A stretch of 63,683 nt of DNA, filler included, from Sluysia triapertura (taxonomy: Eukaryota): the NCBI GenBank assembly GCA_046118255.1. It is 5 parts of 5 records of this genome, joined end to end, with 100 filler letters (N's around TTAATTAATTAA, not from the genome) between each part and the next. Parts side by side here need not be neighbours in the genome. Positions count along the whole stretch, not along the records: positions 52,876 to 63,683 come from JBJNIA010193205.1; 4 more parts are not named here. One strand, written 5' to 3'. The translations under genes were made by a program, and so were the position numbers. Of this stretch, positions 62,143 through 63,683 are shown piece after piece; the stretch's first letter is position 1; each line of letters opens with the position of its first letter. Under the pieces are notes generated by a model that had not been told where the DNA came from, ran no database searches, and saw only the letters and a list, made by a program, of their open reading frames with translations.

Positions 62143-63010
62143 ATTATTAGATTACATTATTTATTATATTTATATTTAATTATTATTCACTTGCAATAAT
62201 AATTGCATTCATCACAAAGCTTCCGATTTAAATAATCATCATGTTTAAGAAGCTTAGCAATAAATACATTAACCACATAAATACATTAACTAACCATTTA
62301 AATAGACAATCGGTCATATTTTTATTCATTTTGAATTCTTTGAAATTAAAAACATTAAAAATTAAATATTCAAAATTTAAAGCGTGACTAAATCCAAAAT
62401 CGCATATGTTCATTAAAATTTCAAAATGTAACTGTAATGGAGAATGACTCATAAATATTGATTCTTTTGAACAGCAATTGAAAATAGTTTGCTTTTTTGT
62501 AAATGTGACATTGTTACATCTCAAATAAATAATTTATCACCGAAATCGTCAAAATTGAAGTTTATATACTTTAAATTTACTATAAACATGAAGATCATGC
62601 CACATTGGTCGCTTCAGAAGATTACATGAATTTTTGTTTATGGTATTACGGTATTAAGGTTTAATACATGTGAAGGTTTTTATCTTATTACCGATTTTAG
62701 CTAATCTTTATAAGCTAATGTTCTGTAGAGATATTGATGAATTATTGCTGTTTAATGCTTCAAAAGTACTAATAATTATACCGTTGCTTTAGTTATTGCT
62801 AGTGGTATTGGCGAATGAAAAAATGCACAAGCTGTTGGTGTAAATGTTATTCTTATGTTGAATATCTGAAAAAATTGTTAAGGACTATTATTTTTGAGTC
62901 GTTATTTTGATATGGAAACAAATTAAAAATATATGCTAAATGATTTTAATGTATTTTATTTTTTAATGCTTAATTAACACTTTCACAGCCTATTATTTTA
63001 ATTGCATATA

Positions 63011-63483
63011 TACTTAAACCACCGGCATTTATTTGCATTATTTTAATTTGGAATTTTCCAAAAATTGTTCGACATAGTTCATTGTCATCAGTTTGAGACC
63101 AGTCTTTTCAACATCATGTTTGTCCGACCCGGTTCAATAGATGTATCGAGAGGTTGATTTGTTTTACGTTTTTTGGTATAATTTCAGAATCTTCACTATC
63201 TTCGTCTTCAGAATTTTCTAATTAACTCCGTTCTTTATTGCAAGATAAATCATCTGTATAGATTTCTTCATCGTGGCACATAGACATTTTTTAAAAATAT
63301 TTTATAACTATTATTTAAAATAATTATGAAAAATAAATCGTGTACGTAAACTCATACATAAATGTACACAAAGAAACTGAATGTGCATAAAAAATGGCTA
63401 TATCAGTATTATTTAATTGACGAGATACATCAATACAGATGCGTTGTTAAAAACATGTTAATGCAATCCCGGCGATTTAAGTG
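63011..63483 (-). mobile_element. piggyBac-like deletion derivative
   Basis: Imperfect TIR ACTTAAACCACCGG vs CCGGCGATTTAAGTG followed by TTAA. The minus strand encodes an acidic N-terminus (ENSEDEDSEDSEIIPKKRK) typical of piggyBac transposases. Confidence 0.5.
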
Positions 63484-63608
63484 TTAATACAACTAATTTA
63501 ATTACTTGTTTCATCGTCCTTTATTATTTATCGAACCTAATTGCACCTAAAATATATCTATCATTTTATATTTTCTATGTGAAACTAATAAATTTTTTGA
63601 CCATTTAC

Positions 63609-63610
<2 letters not shown>

Positions 63611-63683
<73 letters not shown>
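63611..63683. repeat. (ATT)n microsatellite at the window end
   Basis: Perfect run to the last base. Confidence 0.95.

Noticed and set aside
63046-63100. IWNFPKIV as the missing GPx WNF exon
   Set aside because: No suitable AG acceptor in phase, no KFL or downstream GPx similarity, an early stop, and it lies inside the piggyBac-like element.

Overview
Very AT-rich eukaryotic (metazoan) genomic DNA, not a prokaryotic window. Four identical 100-bp spacers (44 N + TTAATTAATTAA + 44 N) split it into five joined contigs, so linkage across them is not established. Three conserved spliced genes, all partial, can be rebuilt by hand: Hrs/HGS (VHS-FYVE-UIM, minus strand, 3' exons missing), Pasha/DGCR8 (dsRBD2 and C-terminal tail, plus strand, 5' exons missing) and a GPx4/PHGPx-type glutathione peroxidase with an in-frame TGA at the catalytic position (last exon and SECIS not in the window). 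Introns are bimodal: 32-34 nt near gene 5' ends, 0.3-3 kb and repeat-filled further 3'. This, plus the GPx sequence, suggests a flatworm, possibly neodermatan (inference). The rest is decayed transposons (Tigger with a nested Ginger-like element, hAT and pogo MITEs, piggyBac, LINE remnants, three TG-starting LTR-like families, Helentron-like repeats) and intronless ORFs or pseudogenes (Rab, Ras-like, GPCR-like, unknowns). The best novelty candidates are a tandem pair of intact ~80-aa single-pass membrane microproteins, an LTR-like family carrying a heat-shock-element/CCAAT/TATA promoter cassette, and a dispersed double ATTGG-N4-CCAAT palindrome module found next to intronless, often decayed ORFs, which may indicate a gene-carrying mobile element. 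No rRNA, tRNA or CRISPR was recognised.
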